Of a stretch of 47,165 bases of DNA, positions 1 to 8,493 are shown in pieces; within the stretch, counting starts at the first letter, position 1; each line of letters opens with the position of its first letter. A model generated the notes under the pieces. That model was not told where the DNA came from and did not search any database. It was given only the letters and a program-made list of their open reading frames with translations. A program made the position numbers and the translations under genes. Source of the DNA: a virus (Duplodnaviria; Caudoviricetes); IMG/VR virus record IMGVR_UViG_3300012041_000011, positions 1 to 47,165 of that record. The stretch is one strand, 5' to 3'.

Positions 1-123
1 CCAAGAGATGAACCGCACCCAAGACCGCCAGTTGTGGTATTCGAATCCAAGTTCACCGAATCTGTCCCAGCGACTCCGTTACACTGGATAATACCATTGT
101 TTGTAATGCTTGTTTTCGCGAAG
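1..123. repeat. Terminal direct repeat copy 1 (circular assembly overlap)
   Basis: 1-123 is identical to 47043-47165 and lies inside a continuous ORF. Confidence 0.97.
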
Positions 124-1727
124 ACGCGGAACCCGTTCGTGACCAGCGTCGTCCCGGTAGAGACAACATACGTGGTCAAGTACACATCTCCCGTTAGGGT
201 TGTCGTCCCCGCCACAGTTGTAGAAGCTCCAGCAGAACCATCCCCGTAATACCCTGGGGGGGCTATTGAAGATGACGCTGCTAATGCCGTAGAACTCACC
301 GCCAATCTCCCATCAGAATCAATAAACAAGAAGGCCGTAGAAGAAGGCGCAACTGAGAGCGCCCCACTGCTGAATGTGAGACCGTTCGCAAGGCTCACGC
401 CTCCGCTAGACCCGATATTCACCCCAATTTCTGAAGCGGTGACAAAGACGCCTTTCGTTGTAGATGCGGTAAGCCCAGAAGATCCAGAATCAAACGTGAA
501 TGAACTGACTCCATCGTTTGTATAACCTAACTTGTCGGTTCCATCGAACCACACGATACCCCCAGTTTCTCCGCCGAAGGTTGTCGTGGTATTCTTGAAT
601 GACTTCCAACCGTTCACGTCTTGGGTGGTGTAGATGTCTACAAATCGATTAAAGAACGGCCCGACGTTACTCATGATGAACCGTTCACCAGGAGCGTGAG
701 CTTTTGCAGCCCCGCTTACAGTAGAAGTCGCACCACCAAGAGCTGTAATCCCTCTCACACATCCAGTCCAGGTTGGATTTGTCGTTGTTGTTGAAAGGTT
801 CCAACACTCTACAATTTCCTGTGTAGATCCACCTTGGTTAATTACGAAGTAAGCAGGGAATTGTGTCGTTGAAGTCGTAATCAATTCTCCTGTGAAAAGC
901 GTCCGAGAGGCGACAGGGATAGAAGTCACTGAACTGTTAATCCCAGACCCTGCGATCACTGTCGCGTAACTCGTCGCGACTCCTGCGTTACCGAATTGCA
1001 TCCCAGCCCCAGCAAGAAGCATCAACGCTCCAGCAATCCCAGCGATTCCCTTCTTCCCAACCTTCGTCAATGCGATTTGAAACTTCGAATATAATACAGA
1101 TAAAAAAGACATAGTGATTTGATTTCCGGTTGGGTTAAGAATGGCAGCGACAGTGTCTACAAACTTCGTCCCCACGGGTAAAGAGAACGTTCCTTGAACG
1201 TCTGCGGAATCCCAATTCACGCCCGTCCAGAATAGATTCCCGTTATCGTCCTTAATCAGCCCCGTGATAACCATGCAATGCGGCCCAGATCCATTATACT
1301 CCTTCAGGGTGATAATCACCGGATCGGCCTTTAGAGCCTCGTAAACCGAGCTGTCCCCAAACATGTACGCATAGGCCGGTAGGACGTGTTGTAGAGCGTC
1401 CAGGGCCTCACCCGTTCCCGATTGGAAGACTGCTTCTGTGCAAATCCCCTGCTTCCTGGCCGCTTCCAAGGCCGCGCCGAGGGTCGTCCCATTCTGGTCT
1501 GTTCCAGAGATTTTAGCCAACCATTCAAAAGAAAGATCCGGATGAGCCTTTTCGAGATATTGCTTCAACCACGTAATCGCCGCCGGAACGCAATCAGGTT
1601 TTGAACCTTGAAACACCACAGGGATGCCAGAAATATCCCGAATGATAGGCTCCATCACTACGGGTGCTGATTTCGGCAACACCCAGTCTTTCAGGGATCT
1701 AGCTTCTAGCTTGAGGCCATTTTTCAT
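1..1727 (-). CDS. 5' part of a 789-aa junction-spanning protein: papain-like Cys protease domain, hydrophobic segment, Ser/Thr-rich fibre-like region
   Basis: Manual translation from ATG 1727 (ATGA overlap with the M23 gene) is open to base 1 and continues at 47042. Motifs: FQGSKPDC (Q40, C46), GPHCMVITG (H150), GVNW (N171). In-frame ATG at 1112. Absent from the ORF track. Confidence 0.85.
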   Translation of the reverse strand, partial: MKNGLKLEARSLKDWVLPKSAPVVMEPIIRDISGIPVVFQGSKPDCVPAAITWLKQYLEKAHPDLSFEWLAKISGTDQNGTTLGAALEAARKQGICTEAVFQSGTGEALDALQHVLPAYAYMFGDSSVYEALKADPVIITLKEYNGSGPHCMVITGLIKDDNGNLFWTGVNWDSADVQGTFSLPVGTKFVDTVAAILNPTGNQITMSFLSVLYSKFQIALTKVGKKGIAGIAGALMLLAGAGMQFGNAGVATSYATVIAGSGINSSVTSIPVASRTLFTGELITTSTTQFPAYFVINQGGSTQEIVECWNLSTTTTNPTWTGCVRGITALGGATSTVSGAAKAHAPGERFIMSNVGPFFNRFVDIYTTQDVNGWKSFKNTTTTFGGETGGIVWFDGTDKLGYTNDGVSSFTFDSGSSGLTASTTKGVFVTASEIGVNIGSSGGVSLANGLTFSSGALSVAPSSTAFLFIDSDGRLAVSSTALAASSSIAPPGYYGDGSAGASTTVAGTTTLTGDVYLTTYVVSTGTTLVTNGFRVFAKTSITNNGIIQCNGVAGTDSVNLDSNTTTGGLGCGSSL

Positions 1728-2218
1728 AGTCCGGGATTTGCTTCATCAACTTCAATCCAGATGTGGTTCCCCCAACCGCTGTTGAAGAACGAAGGGAGAA
1801 TCTTTCTACCAACTTTCTTCCAAAGTGAAACGCCTCCAGAGAATTGCACCCTTCCGTTAATTGGCGAATAGACGCGCTTCCCTTCATCGTCTGGGGAGTT
1901 GATATCAATCCCTGGGTGCCAGACAGACCCATCCCACTGTAAGAATCTAGATCCAGTATACGTGAAGTCAGCAGGGAAGCCGTCTTTAATAAAAGTGGTA
2001 GGGTCTATGTATAAATCCTTCACAGAATTCTTTGAGTACCCATTCACATATTTCGTCCAAGACGGAGGCTTCTGTTTCCTAATTTCGAAGTGGAGGTGTG
2101 CACCTTTAGAATTACCTGTGTTTCCAACATATCCGATGTGCTGACCACGATTTACGTACTCACCGGCTTTCACGATCGGTGGGTGCTGCAAGTGGGCGAG
2201 GTGTAGATATCTTGACAT
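1724..2218 (-). CDS. M23-family peptidase (candidate endolysin), circularly permuted
   Basis: YLHL...GQHIGYVGNTGNSKGAHLHFE comes before WHPGID...WGNHIWIE. Confidence 0.85.
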   Translation of the reverse strand: MSRYLHLAHLQHPPIVKAGEYVNRGQHIGYVGNTGNSKGAHLHFEIRKQKPPSWTKYVNGYSKNSVKDLYIDPTTFIKDGFPADFTYTGSRFLQWDGSVWHPGIDINSPDDEGKRVYSPINGRVQFSGGVSLWKKVGRKILPSFFNSGWGNHIWIEVDEANPGL

Positions 2219-2314
2219 AGATTTTTCCGACTCTGCCCACAGCCAATGGGCAAAAGCAGATCACCTATAACTTCTGTAGCTTCTTCCAAATGAAGAGAGG
2301 CATCCTGTGACAAG

Positions 2315-2647
2315 TTATTCGGATGCGAGATGTGGGGTGTCTTTTCCCGAGGCTTCCTCTTCGATAGATTCTCCGACGGAAGGGACTTCAGACTCTTCAA
2401 CCATCTCTACTTCCTGGCCTTCTTCCACCGGCGCTGGTGCATCTGGATTAGCTTCATGACTCACTTCCAAGGCGGGGGTGAGGCCAGTGGCCTTTGCTTC
2501 CAATTCCATTTTTGCACCACCAATTGCGGTGTCCATTTCCTGATCTGGGAAGCGACTCCAGAAGTCATTGAGTTCTGAAATGGTAAGACCGGAAGATGAG
2601 ATGAGCTGAATTTCTTCGACAGTGTATTCGTGAGAAGAGATAAACAT
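2315..2647 (-). CDS. Hypothetical acidic protein
   Basis: 110-aa ORF, aaatatATG start, collinear with the operon. Confidence 0.7.
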   Translation of the reverse strand: MFISSHEYTVEEIQLISSSGLTISELNDFWSRFPDQEMDTAIGGAKMELEAKATGLTPALEVSHEANPDAPAPVEEGQEVEMVEESEVPSVGESIEEEASGKDTPHLASE

Positions 2648-2652
2648 ATATT

Positions 2653-3219
2653 TTAGTGAGAGATTACGTCTACGTTAAGCTTCGTGCTAGATAGGTTTGT
2701 CGCTGAGGTAGAGGACACATTCTGCAAGTAAATCGTCACAGTGTTCGCGGCAGTAACAGATCCGCTGACTCTTACTGAAGATGAAGCCGAACTCCAATCC
2801 CCATTAAGCCCGATCATGACTGAATCTCCTGAGACCGCCCCCGCTACAGTTACAAGAGATGTCGTTGCAGACCCAATAGCGATCGAATCTGTATCAAACG
2901 TAGATGATGCGAACATCCATCTATCAACAGAAGCGCCTCCTCCGATGCTGAGCGAGGTAGAAGACACGAACCCAGTCGTCATCGTGCCTGTGAATGAACT
3001 CGTACCAGTGACAGTGAGGTTCCCGATTGTCTCTGAGTAAGACGTGGACGATACGTTCACAACACCGCCGGCAACGTTCAATGTTCCTCCAACGACAACG
3101 TTCCCAGGGAAAGTGACCGTCTGCGTTCCGCTCCCGAACTGCTGACCGAAGCCCTTCATAAGAATCGCACCGAGAAGAAGTCCAAACAAACCTGCGAGAA
3201 TGAGATGATAGAGTTTCAT
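2653..3219 (-). CDS. Membrane-anchored Ser/Thr-rich fibre/surface-like protein
   Basis: N-terminal hydrophobic helix then QQFG; SSTS and GNLTVTGTSSF repeats. Confidence 0.75.
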   Translation of the reverse strand: MKLYHLILAGLFGLLLGAILMKGFGQQFGSGTQTVTFPGNVVVGGTLNVAGGVVNVSSTSYSETIGNLTVTGTSSFTGTMTTGFVSSTSLSIGGGASVDRWMFASSTFDTDSIAIGSATTSLVTVAGAVSGDSVMIGLNGDWSSASSSVRVSGSVTAANTVTIYLQNVSSTSATNLSSTKLNVDVISH

Positions 3220-3231
3220 AAGATGGTTGCC

Positions 3232-3612
3232 TTAGTTCGCCTGAACGATATCAGCGGCGCAATTCCATGAGATATTCACGCCAGACGCCCCAGTCACATC
3301 GAGTGAGATGGTGCTCCCACTAACACTGAACGCGGCATCCCAAGCGGCATCGTCCTCATTAGCGATCGTTGAAGTAGAACCCACCTGAACCGCAGTGATT
3401 CCGTCAGGACATTTGAAGACTGCATTCAATTCATACCCTGCACAGTCTCCAGCAGTGCCGCTCGCTCCTCCGGTTCGGCGAGCAGAAATGAAAGCAGTGA
3501 TGTTGAGAACTTGTCCGATATAAATAGAGATATCTGCCAATGGCGTCACAGTCGCATCGGTTGTTTGTGCTGCGTAGTTATTTCTTCGTGCTCTATTGTC
3601 TGGTTGTGACAT
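3232..3612 (-). CDS. Hypothetical beta-rich virion protein
   Basis: 126-aa ORF with small-residue, beta-strand-like composition. Confidence 0.7.
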   Translation of the reverse strand: MSQPDNRARRNNYAAQTTDATVTPLADISIYIGQVLNITAFISARRTGGASGTAGDCAGYELNAVFKCPDGITAVQVGSTSTIANEDDAAWDAAFSVSGSTISLDVTGASGVNISWNCAADIVQAN

Positions 3613-3616
3613 ATTT

Positions 3617-3937
3617 TTATTGCGCTACTTTAGTCAGAGCTTCTCGTATGATATAGACCATTGCGCCGAATAAGATTAATACAATCGCCCAAGCCCCTCC
3701 GCCAATCTTTACAATCCAACTGATGTTTGTTTTGTTTTCAACTGTCTCTCTGGTGTTTGTATCTATTTTTGTATGAAGGTCTACCACACTCCCGGCGATT
3801 TCCCTAACAGACTTTTCAATATGAGTTAGATGGTTGTCTTTCATAACACCTAACTTATTAGAAATATCCTGGAAGTGCAGATCATCCGAGGAGGTGTGAT
3901 CGTGTAATTCTCGACGGATGGCCTCTAGTTCTTCCAT
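3617..3937 (-). CDS. Coiled-coil protein with C-terminal TM helix (lysis-associated candidate)
   Basis: Heptad region followed by WIVKIGGGAWAIVLILFGAMVYII. Confidence 0.65.
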   Translation of the reverse strand: MEELEAIRRELHDHTSSDDLHFQDISNKLGVMKDNHLTHIEKSVREIAGSVVDLHTKIDTNTRETVENKTNISWIVKIGGGAWAIVLILFGAMVYIIREALTKVAQ

Positions 3938-3938
3938 A

Positions 3939-4232
3939 TCATTTCTTCACAATCTGGTGGGTTGTGTGAGCCGAAAGGAACGCGATCCCAGCAGCAATTA
4001 AAGCTGCGAGCGCCCCTGAAGCGTCATCTGGCGTGAGATTATGGTTCACAAGACCAAGTAAGAGGGTAGACGCCACGCTCAAACTGCCCGCGACTGCTCG
4101 AATTCTCCCAGTTTGGCCAGGATTAATTGGCAAAGCATTCACACGCTTCACGCCTTCCGTGATCGCCCACACACCAACACCACTCCCAACAACTTCAAGG
4201 AGCGTAGATAACCAACTAATGATATGTTCCAT
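3939..4232 (-). CDS. Holin-like membrane protein
   Basis: 97 aa, 2-3 hydrophobic segments, basic C-terminus. Confidence 0.6.
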   Translation of the reverse strand: MEHIISWLSTLLEVVGSGVGVWAITEGVKRVNALPINPGQTGRIRAVAGSLSVASTLLLGLVNHNLTPDDASGALAALIAAGIAFLSAHTTHQIVKK

Positions 4233-4241
4233 ATAGTTTAA

Positions 4242-4949
4242 TTAGCTCGACAAGTTATTTATAACACTATGCAAAGCGACAATTGCTGCATTAATCTTCG
4301 CTTGGAGCGCCGCTGCATCTGGCTCTTCATCTGGCGGAGGTTCTTCCTGTCCGTCGGTCGGGTCTGTCCCGGTTATGGAATCGAAGTAGATTGTTCCGGA
4401 AGTTCCGCCCTCTCCACCCCAATTTAATCTGATACTATCAATCTGCGTAAAGTTAGCAAATGAAGGAAGCCATGCCGTGAACCCTCCCCAGCTCCCATTA
4501 GAATACAGACGAGCACGTGCTTTATTCGGCTGTCCTGCGGCGTCAAATTCAACGTTCACTACATACCATGTATCCGCAGAAAGTCCGACTGAAATAGGAT
4601 TCATCACACCTCCAGATCCCTCAAGATACACGCCATCTCCTTCTATGAGACCTGGAAAAACAATGGCGAACTTTGTTCCTGAATTCTGTCGAAAAACAAA
4701 CGAAGCATGCAGAGTCGGAATGCTCGTCTTTCGAAAAGCGAAGTACATGGAACCAGCCGCAGTAGGTGTGATAGAACGAGTATAATCGTTATTCGACGCA
4801 GGCGCTACATTGCATTCAAGCGCCTTATCACCTGCGTACTTCACAGCTCCCTGAACACTAATAAGACCAACACTCTTCACCCAGCTATCTTGCCCAGTAA
4901 GATCTCCGTTATTTAGAGAATCGAAGTTTTGTACGTAATTCCAGGACAT
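4242..4949 (-). CDS. Beta-sandwich (lectin/LamG-like) virion protein
   Basis: Probable start MSWNYVQNFD at 4949; GDLTGQDSW...DTWYVVNVEFD...IYFDSI pattern. Confidence 0.65.
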   Translation of the reverse strand: MSWNYVQNFDSLNNGDLTGQDSWVKSVGLISVQGAVKYAGDKALECNVAPASNNDYTRSITPTAAGSMYFAFRKTSIPTLHASFVFRQNSGTKFAIVFPGLIEGDGVYLEGSGGVMNPISVGLSADTWYVVNVEFDAAGQPNKARARLYSNGSWGGFTAWLPSFANFTQIDSIRLNWGGEGGTSGTIYFDSITGTDPTDGQEEPPPDEEPDAAALQAKINAAIVALHSVINNLSS

Positions 4950-4953
4950 ATGT

Positions 4954-5703
4954 TTATAAACTTGTCGCCCCCCCGCTATCTGCGACACCTCCACTAATTG
5001 GGACAGGTACAAGTTCTGTTGAACCTGATCCACTTGTCGCAGGAGCGAAAGAAGCAATAACACCGACCCAATCGTTTGCAGCATTTGTCCAGCTCATTGA
5101 ATAAGCACCAGGCGGAGCACCTGTGTTACTATCTCCATATGCAGTGGCGCTCGCGGTTCCTTGTCTTTTTGTAACCCCTGTAGAAGCTACTGGCTCATTA
5201 CCAGAATCTGCAACAACCATCATGACCCATGAGTTTGATGCTGAGACGACTGTCGAGGTGGTATACGGACTCGTAGAAGCTGCTACTCCTGAGTTGAAGC
5301 TATCTAAAGGGCTTACTTGCTTCACCCCACTGTATGAAGCAGCGACCACGTTCATAGTAATAGAAAGCCCAGCCGAACAAGTGACAGTCTGAAGGCTGCC
5401 AGTTGAAGTAGGGATCGCGTACCACAAGCTCACCGCCTTGGAGACGTTCACGCTCCCAACTCGTGATGCGACCTTCGTCATCGCGGCCCCATTCGCTGTG
5501 CACCCAGTAACTGTATCAGCTACCGCGGCTTCATAAGCAGCAGCAAGAATGAGCGGATTCGCAATAGCCCCACTCGTAAGAGACGTTGTTCGGCTCGTCC
5601 CAGCTCCAAACCCAGACTGTGTGCTCGTGTCATAACCGATATCAGCTTTCACCGATAAAGGCAGAAGAAGAAGCACGAAGATAGCAAGAATGATTTTCTT
5701 CAT
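4954..5703 (-). CDS. Secreted-type Ser/Thr-rich beta protein
   Basis: Classical signal peptide MKKIILAIFVLLLLPLSVKA. Confidence 0.75.
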   Translation of the reverse strand: MKKIILAIFVLLLLPLSVKADIGYDTSTQSGFGAGTSRTTSLTSGAIANPLILAAAYEAAVADTVTGCTANGAAMTKVASRVGSVNVSKAVSLWYAIPTSTGSLQTVTCSAGLSITMNVVAASYSGVKQVSPLDSFNSGVAASTSPYTTSTVVSASNSWVMMVVADSGNEPVASTGVTKRQGTASATAYGDSNTGAPPGAYSMSWTNAANDWVGVIASFAPATSGSGSTELVPVPISGGVADSGGATSL

Positions 5704-5834
5704 AGTGGAGGGAAGTCATCATCAATATCCGGATCCATATCTCTCAAGAGCGCCGACCAACCGTCTGCGACGATCGTCACCAAGAGGAATGAAGCGAGGA
5801 TTTGACCCAGGATTTGACTCAACATACCTAACAT
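5700..5834 (-). CDS. 44-aa membrane peptide
   Basis: MLGMLSQILGQILASFLLVTIVADGW...; fills the gap exactly, with an ATGA overlap into the next gene. Confidence 0.55.
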   Translation of the reverse strand: MLGMLSQILGQILASFLLVTIVADGWSALLRDMDPDIDDDFPPL

Positions 5835-5836
5835 AC

Positions 5837-6793
5837 CTAATCACTGAATTGGCTGACACCGTATTCACACTTCGCGCCAATGAAGGAAGCTGTGTTCGTA
5901 GAAGATCCCGTGCTCGCACGTGAGATTCGGAACTTCACAAGCTCAGGATCGACCGTCAATCCGCCAACCGTGAGTGCTGTTGAGGTCGTGACTGTCAGGG
6001 CATTCGTGGTCGTTGCCACAGTTATAACTGTGGCTGTCGGAGAAGAGAAGCCCGTCGAGAGAGACGCTCCAGTTCCCATTCCTTGAGCCTGGATTCCCCA
6101 TGCTACTCCGTTCGCATCAGTTGTTGTCGCGTAGTAGTCGAACTTGCAATTGAGCGTAGAGCCATCCCAGGAATCTGGTGGGAGCCAATCCAGTTCACAA
6201 CCACCAAATGTCAACGGTTGGAAAGGTATCGTGCGGAACACGTGCTCACCAAAGTAAGCGAGTGAAGAAGTTGATGCTCCGTTTGCGAATGGCGGGATGT
6301 TACAACCTGCTGCTGAAAGCGTCAAGGTCTTCTTCGGGTTAGCCCCGCCGACTGTGATATTCGCCCCACCTGCGAGGTCTAAAACACCAGTGAACGTTGA
6401 GCTACCGGTAACGAGCGCTCCTCCTTGCAAGTATAGGATGTTTGTGGTTGTAGCGCCAGCATTGGTGACTTGTTGCAGGGTTGATGTGGCGCCGCCAGAA
6501 CAGCCGACGCAGCTGCCGACGGTAAGAACACCGCTAGCAGTGATATTACGCCAACGATGACCAACTTGACCAAGATCATATTGTGCATCAGGGATAGGAT
6601 CTACGTTCCCGAAGAATTGGGTCGTCGTCGCGGGGCCAACTCCGGTCACAGGGTCAACAGTGATAATGTACGGCTGAGCTACTACTGTGCTACCGCCGCC
6701 AATAGCGATACCACCGAATTTACGGACTCCAAAGCCCCCGACCAAAAGGACGAGGGCAAGAGAGCCAAGAATGAGGATTCGCTTCCAGGTCAT
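5837..6793 (-). CDS. Membrane-anchored Thr-rich fibre/surface-like protein
   Basis: TM helix then RKFG; YDLGQVGHRWRN fibre-type motif; ATSTLQQVTNAGATTTN. Confidence 0.75.
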   Translation of the reverse strand: MTWKRILILGSLALVLLVGGFGVRKFGGIAIGGGSTVVAQPYIITVDPVTGVGPATTTQFFGNVDPIPDAQYDLGQVGHRWRNITASGVLTVGSCVGCSGGATSTLQQVTNAGATTTNILYLQGGALVTGSSTFTGVLDLAGGANITVGGANPKKTLTLSAAGCNIPPFANGASTSSLAYFGEHVFRTIPFQPLTFGGCELDWLPPDSWDGSTLNCKFDYYATTTDANGVAWGIQAQGMGTGASLSTGFSSPTATVITVATTTNALTVTTSTALTVGGLTVDPELVKFRISRASTGSSTNTASFIGAKCEYGVSQFSD

Positions 6794-6805
6794 ATCAGTT
6801 TCTGG

Positions 6806-7285
6806 TTATCCTCCGTTCAAGAGAGTTACTTCAACGTTCGTCGTTCCAAAGGTATCTGAGGTCACTTCTTTCGCAGAAACGCGAACCCAGTTAGCGTTGA
6901 TGTCTCCATCCCACGCCCAGTTGATTGCTGTCGCTGCTGTAGAAGTCTTGTCTCCAGGAACAACGATCGGGATACCCGCAGTGGATGTGTACCCAGAATC
7001 AGTGTAGAGGTCGATCTCGGTCGTGCCTGCTACTTGGACACTCATGGGAACCCAGTTCGTCGGGAGGCCAGAAGCCCCGTAGAATGGATCGTTAGAGAAT
7101 TCAATCAGGAGGAGTAGCTGAGAGTTCGTTTCTGCTGGTGTGTACTGCCCCGCGATATGAAGTTTCGTCATATAGCGGCTGAACAGCGCAGAACCAGTGT
7201 TCTCTCCGTATGCATCATCTAGGGTGACTGGAGCGGCCCACGTCCCAAGATGGTTGTATGTTACTTGCGCGTTTAGGTAAGACAT
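6806..7285 (-). CDS. Hypothetical virion protein
   Basis: 159-aa ORF in the structural operon. Confidence 0.7.
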   Translation of the reverse strand: MSYLNAQVTYNHLGTWAAPVTLDDAYGENTGSALFSRYMTKLHIAGQYTPAETNSQLLLLIEFSNDPFYGASGLPTNWVPMSVQVAGTTEIDLYTDSGYTSTAGIPIVVPGDKTSTAATAINWAWDGDINANWVRVSAKEVTSDTFGTTNVEVTLLNGG

Positions 7286-7324
7286 AGTTTATCGCCTGTT
7301 AAGGCAAAGGAATTAAGCCTCAGC

Positions 7325-8236
7325 CTAGACAGTTCCACTCGCGATATTGTTCGCAAATTCAGCAGCGTTAGAACCAGGAACGATCGCGTTCGTGTTAGTC
7401 GCAAGCATCAGGTTGTTCTCCACAGCAATGACTGACCCGCCAAGGGCTGTCGTTCCGTAGTTAATCCCTGCGGTGAAGATGCCTCCGTTGAATTCTGTGA
7501 AGGTGTTCCCGCGAACAACGTTACCAGCATCAGCCGCAGCAGCAAAGATCACGCCAGCCGTGACTGTCCCCGTGTTGGCCGTCGTGACGCGACCAGCGAC
7601 GAAGATGTTGTGTTCGATGATGTTCCCAATTCCCAAGCCAGTCACATGAGACGTCTGAGTAATTGCGCCGCCAGAGACAACGAGGTTCGAAATGAATCGA
7701 TTCTCATGAATCCAGTTGTAATTGCAAGCAGTCGTCTCCATGAGGATGAAGTGCGATGCCGCCCCGCCAACAGCAGAAAGGAATACGTTGTCATGGATGT
7801 TGCAGGAATCTGCGCCAACCATATCAATTGCGATCTTCGTGGTGGCGAGGTTCATTCGGAATCCTGAGATCTCGATCCCATCACCGGTCACATCGAAGAT
7901 ATCAGCAGCAGAAGCTGTGAGGATCACAGACCCAGGAGAACCGAGAGCGGTGAAATGGACGTCATTCACCGAAGCAGCGATTGCAGTTGAAATTGTATAC
8001 GTGCCAGGAGTCACATAGATCACATCCCCACGGCCTGCCACGCACTGTGCAAGCGCCGTAGCGATCGAAGAGTTACCGGAATACACACGGACAACACCGT
8101 CTTCATCAACAGGGAACATCTGCTCAAAGTCAGAAATGTTAATCGAAGAAGCGGGGAGGCAGTAGAAAGACTTTCCATTCCCAGAAGGGAGAGCCTGCCC
8201 AGCCCGACCATACGAACTAAAAAGATCTCGTGCTAT
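7325..8236 (-). CDS. Right-handed beta-helix (pectin-lyase-like) protein; probable ATA start at 8236 (first ATG at 8119)
   Basis: SIATALAQCVAGRGDVIYVTPGTY and repeated IHDNVF/IHENRF/IEHNIF/VRGNTF. The frame is open 39 codons upstream to aaaatATA. Confidence 0.75.
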   Translation of the reverse strand: MARDLFSSYGRAGQALPSGNGKSFYCLPASSINISDFEQMFPVDEDGVVRVYSGNSSIATALAQCVAGRGDVIYVTPGTYTISTAIAASVNDVHFTALGSPGSVILTASAADIFDVTGDGIEISGFRMNLATTKIAIDMVGADSCNIHDNVFLSAVGGAASHFILMETTACNYNWIHENRFISNLVVSGGAITQTSHVTGLGIGNIIEHNIFVAGRVTTANTGTVTAGVIFAAAADAGNVVRGNTFTEFNGGIFTAGINYGTTALGGSVIAVENNLMLATNTNAIVPGSNAAEFANNIASGTV

Positions 8237-8348
8237 ATTTTGCTCTGGTTTGTTGAGAGGAGGTCCAGATTCCTCAGCGTAGTAATGTCACGCTTCCGCA
8301 TTTTTAGCTTCCACGCCAGATGCGGTGCAGGCGTCATTTATATGAAAA

Positions 8349-8471
8349 CTACTTCTTCTTTTTAGGTTTTGGTTTTTGTATCACAGGCCTCGCGACAGGT
8401 GACTTGGCGAACTTCACATCTCGGATGCCCACTAGATTTGGCAGTGATGCTGTATTTCCGATAGCGGGCAT
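8349..8471 (-). CDS. 40-aa basic peptide (possible DNA-binding core peptide)
   Basis: MPAIGN...QKPKPKKKK directly after the capsid gene. Confidence 0.5.
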   Translation of the reverse strand: MPAIGNTASLPNLVGIRDVKFAKSPVARPVIQKPKPKKKK

Positions 8472-8493
8472 CTGAGTTTTTGTTTACTTCTGT

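Noticed and set aside
1-123. Biological direct terminal repeat
   Set aside because: It falls mid-gene and matches an assembler overlap; it shows circularity, not the physical genome ends.
8296-8334. SAM-II/SAM-V riboswitch (GCUAAAAA present)
   Set aside because: Loop 1 lacks the U-rich strand needed for the SAM-binding triplex.
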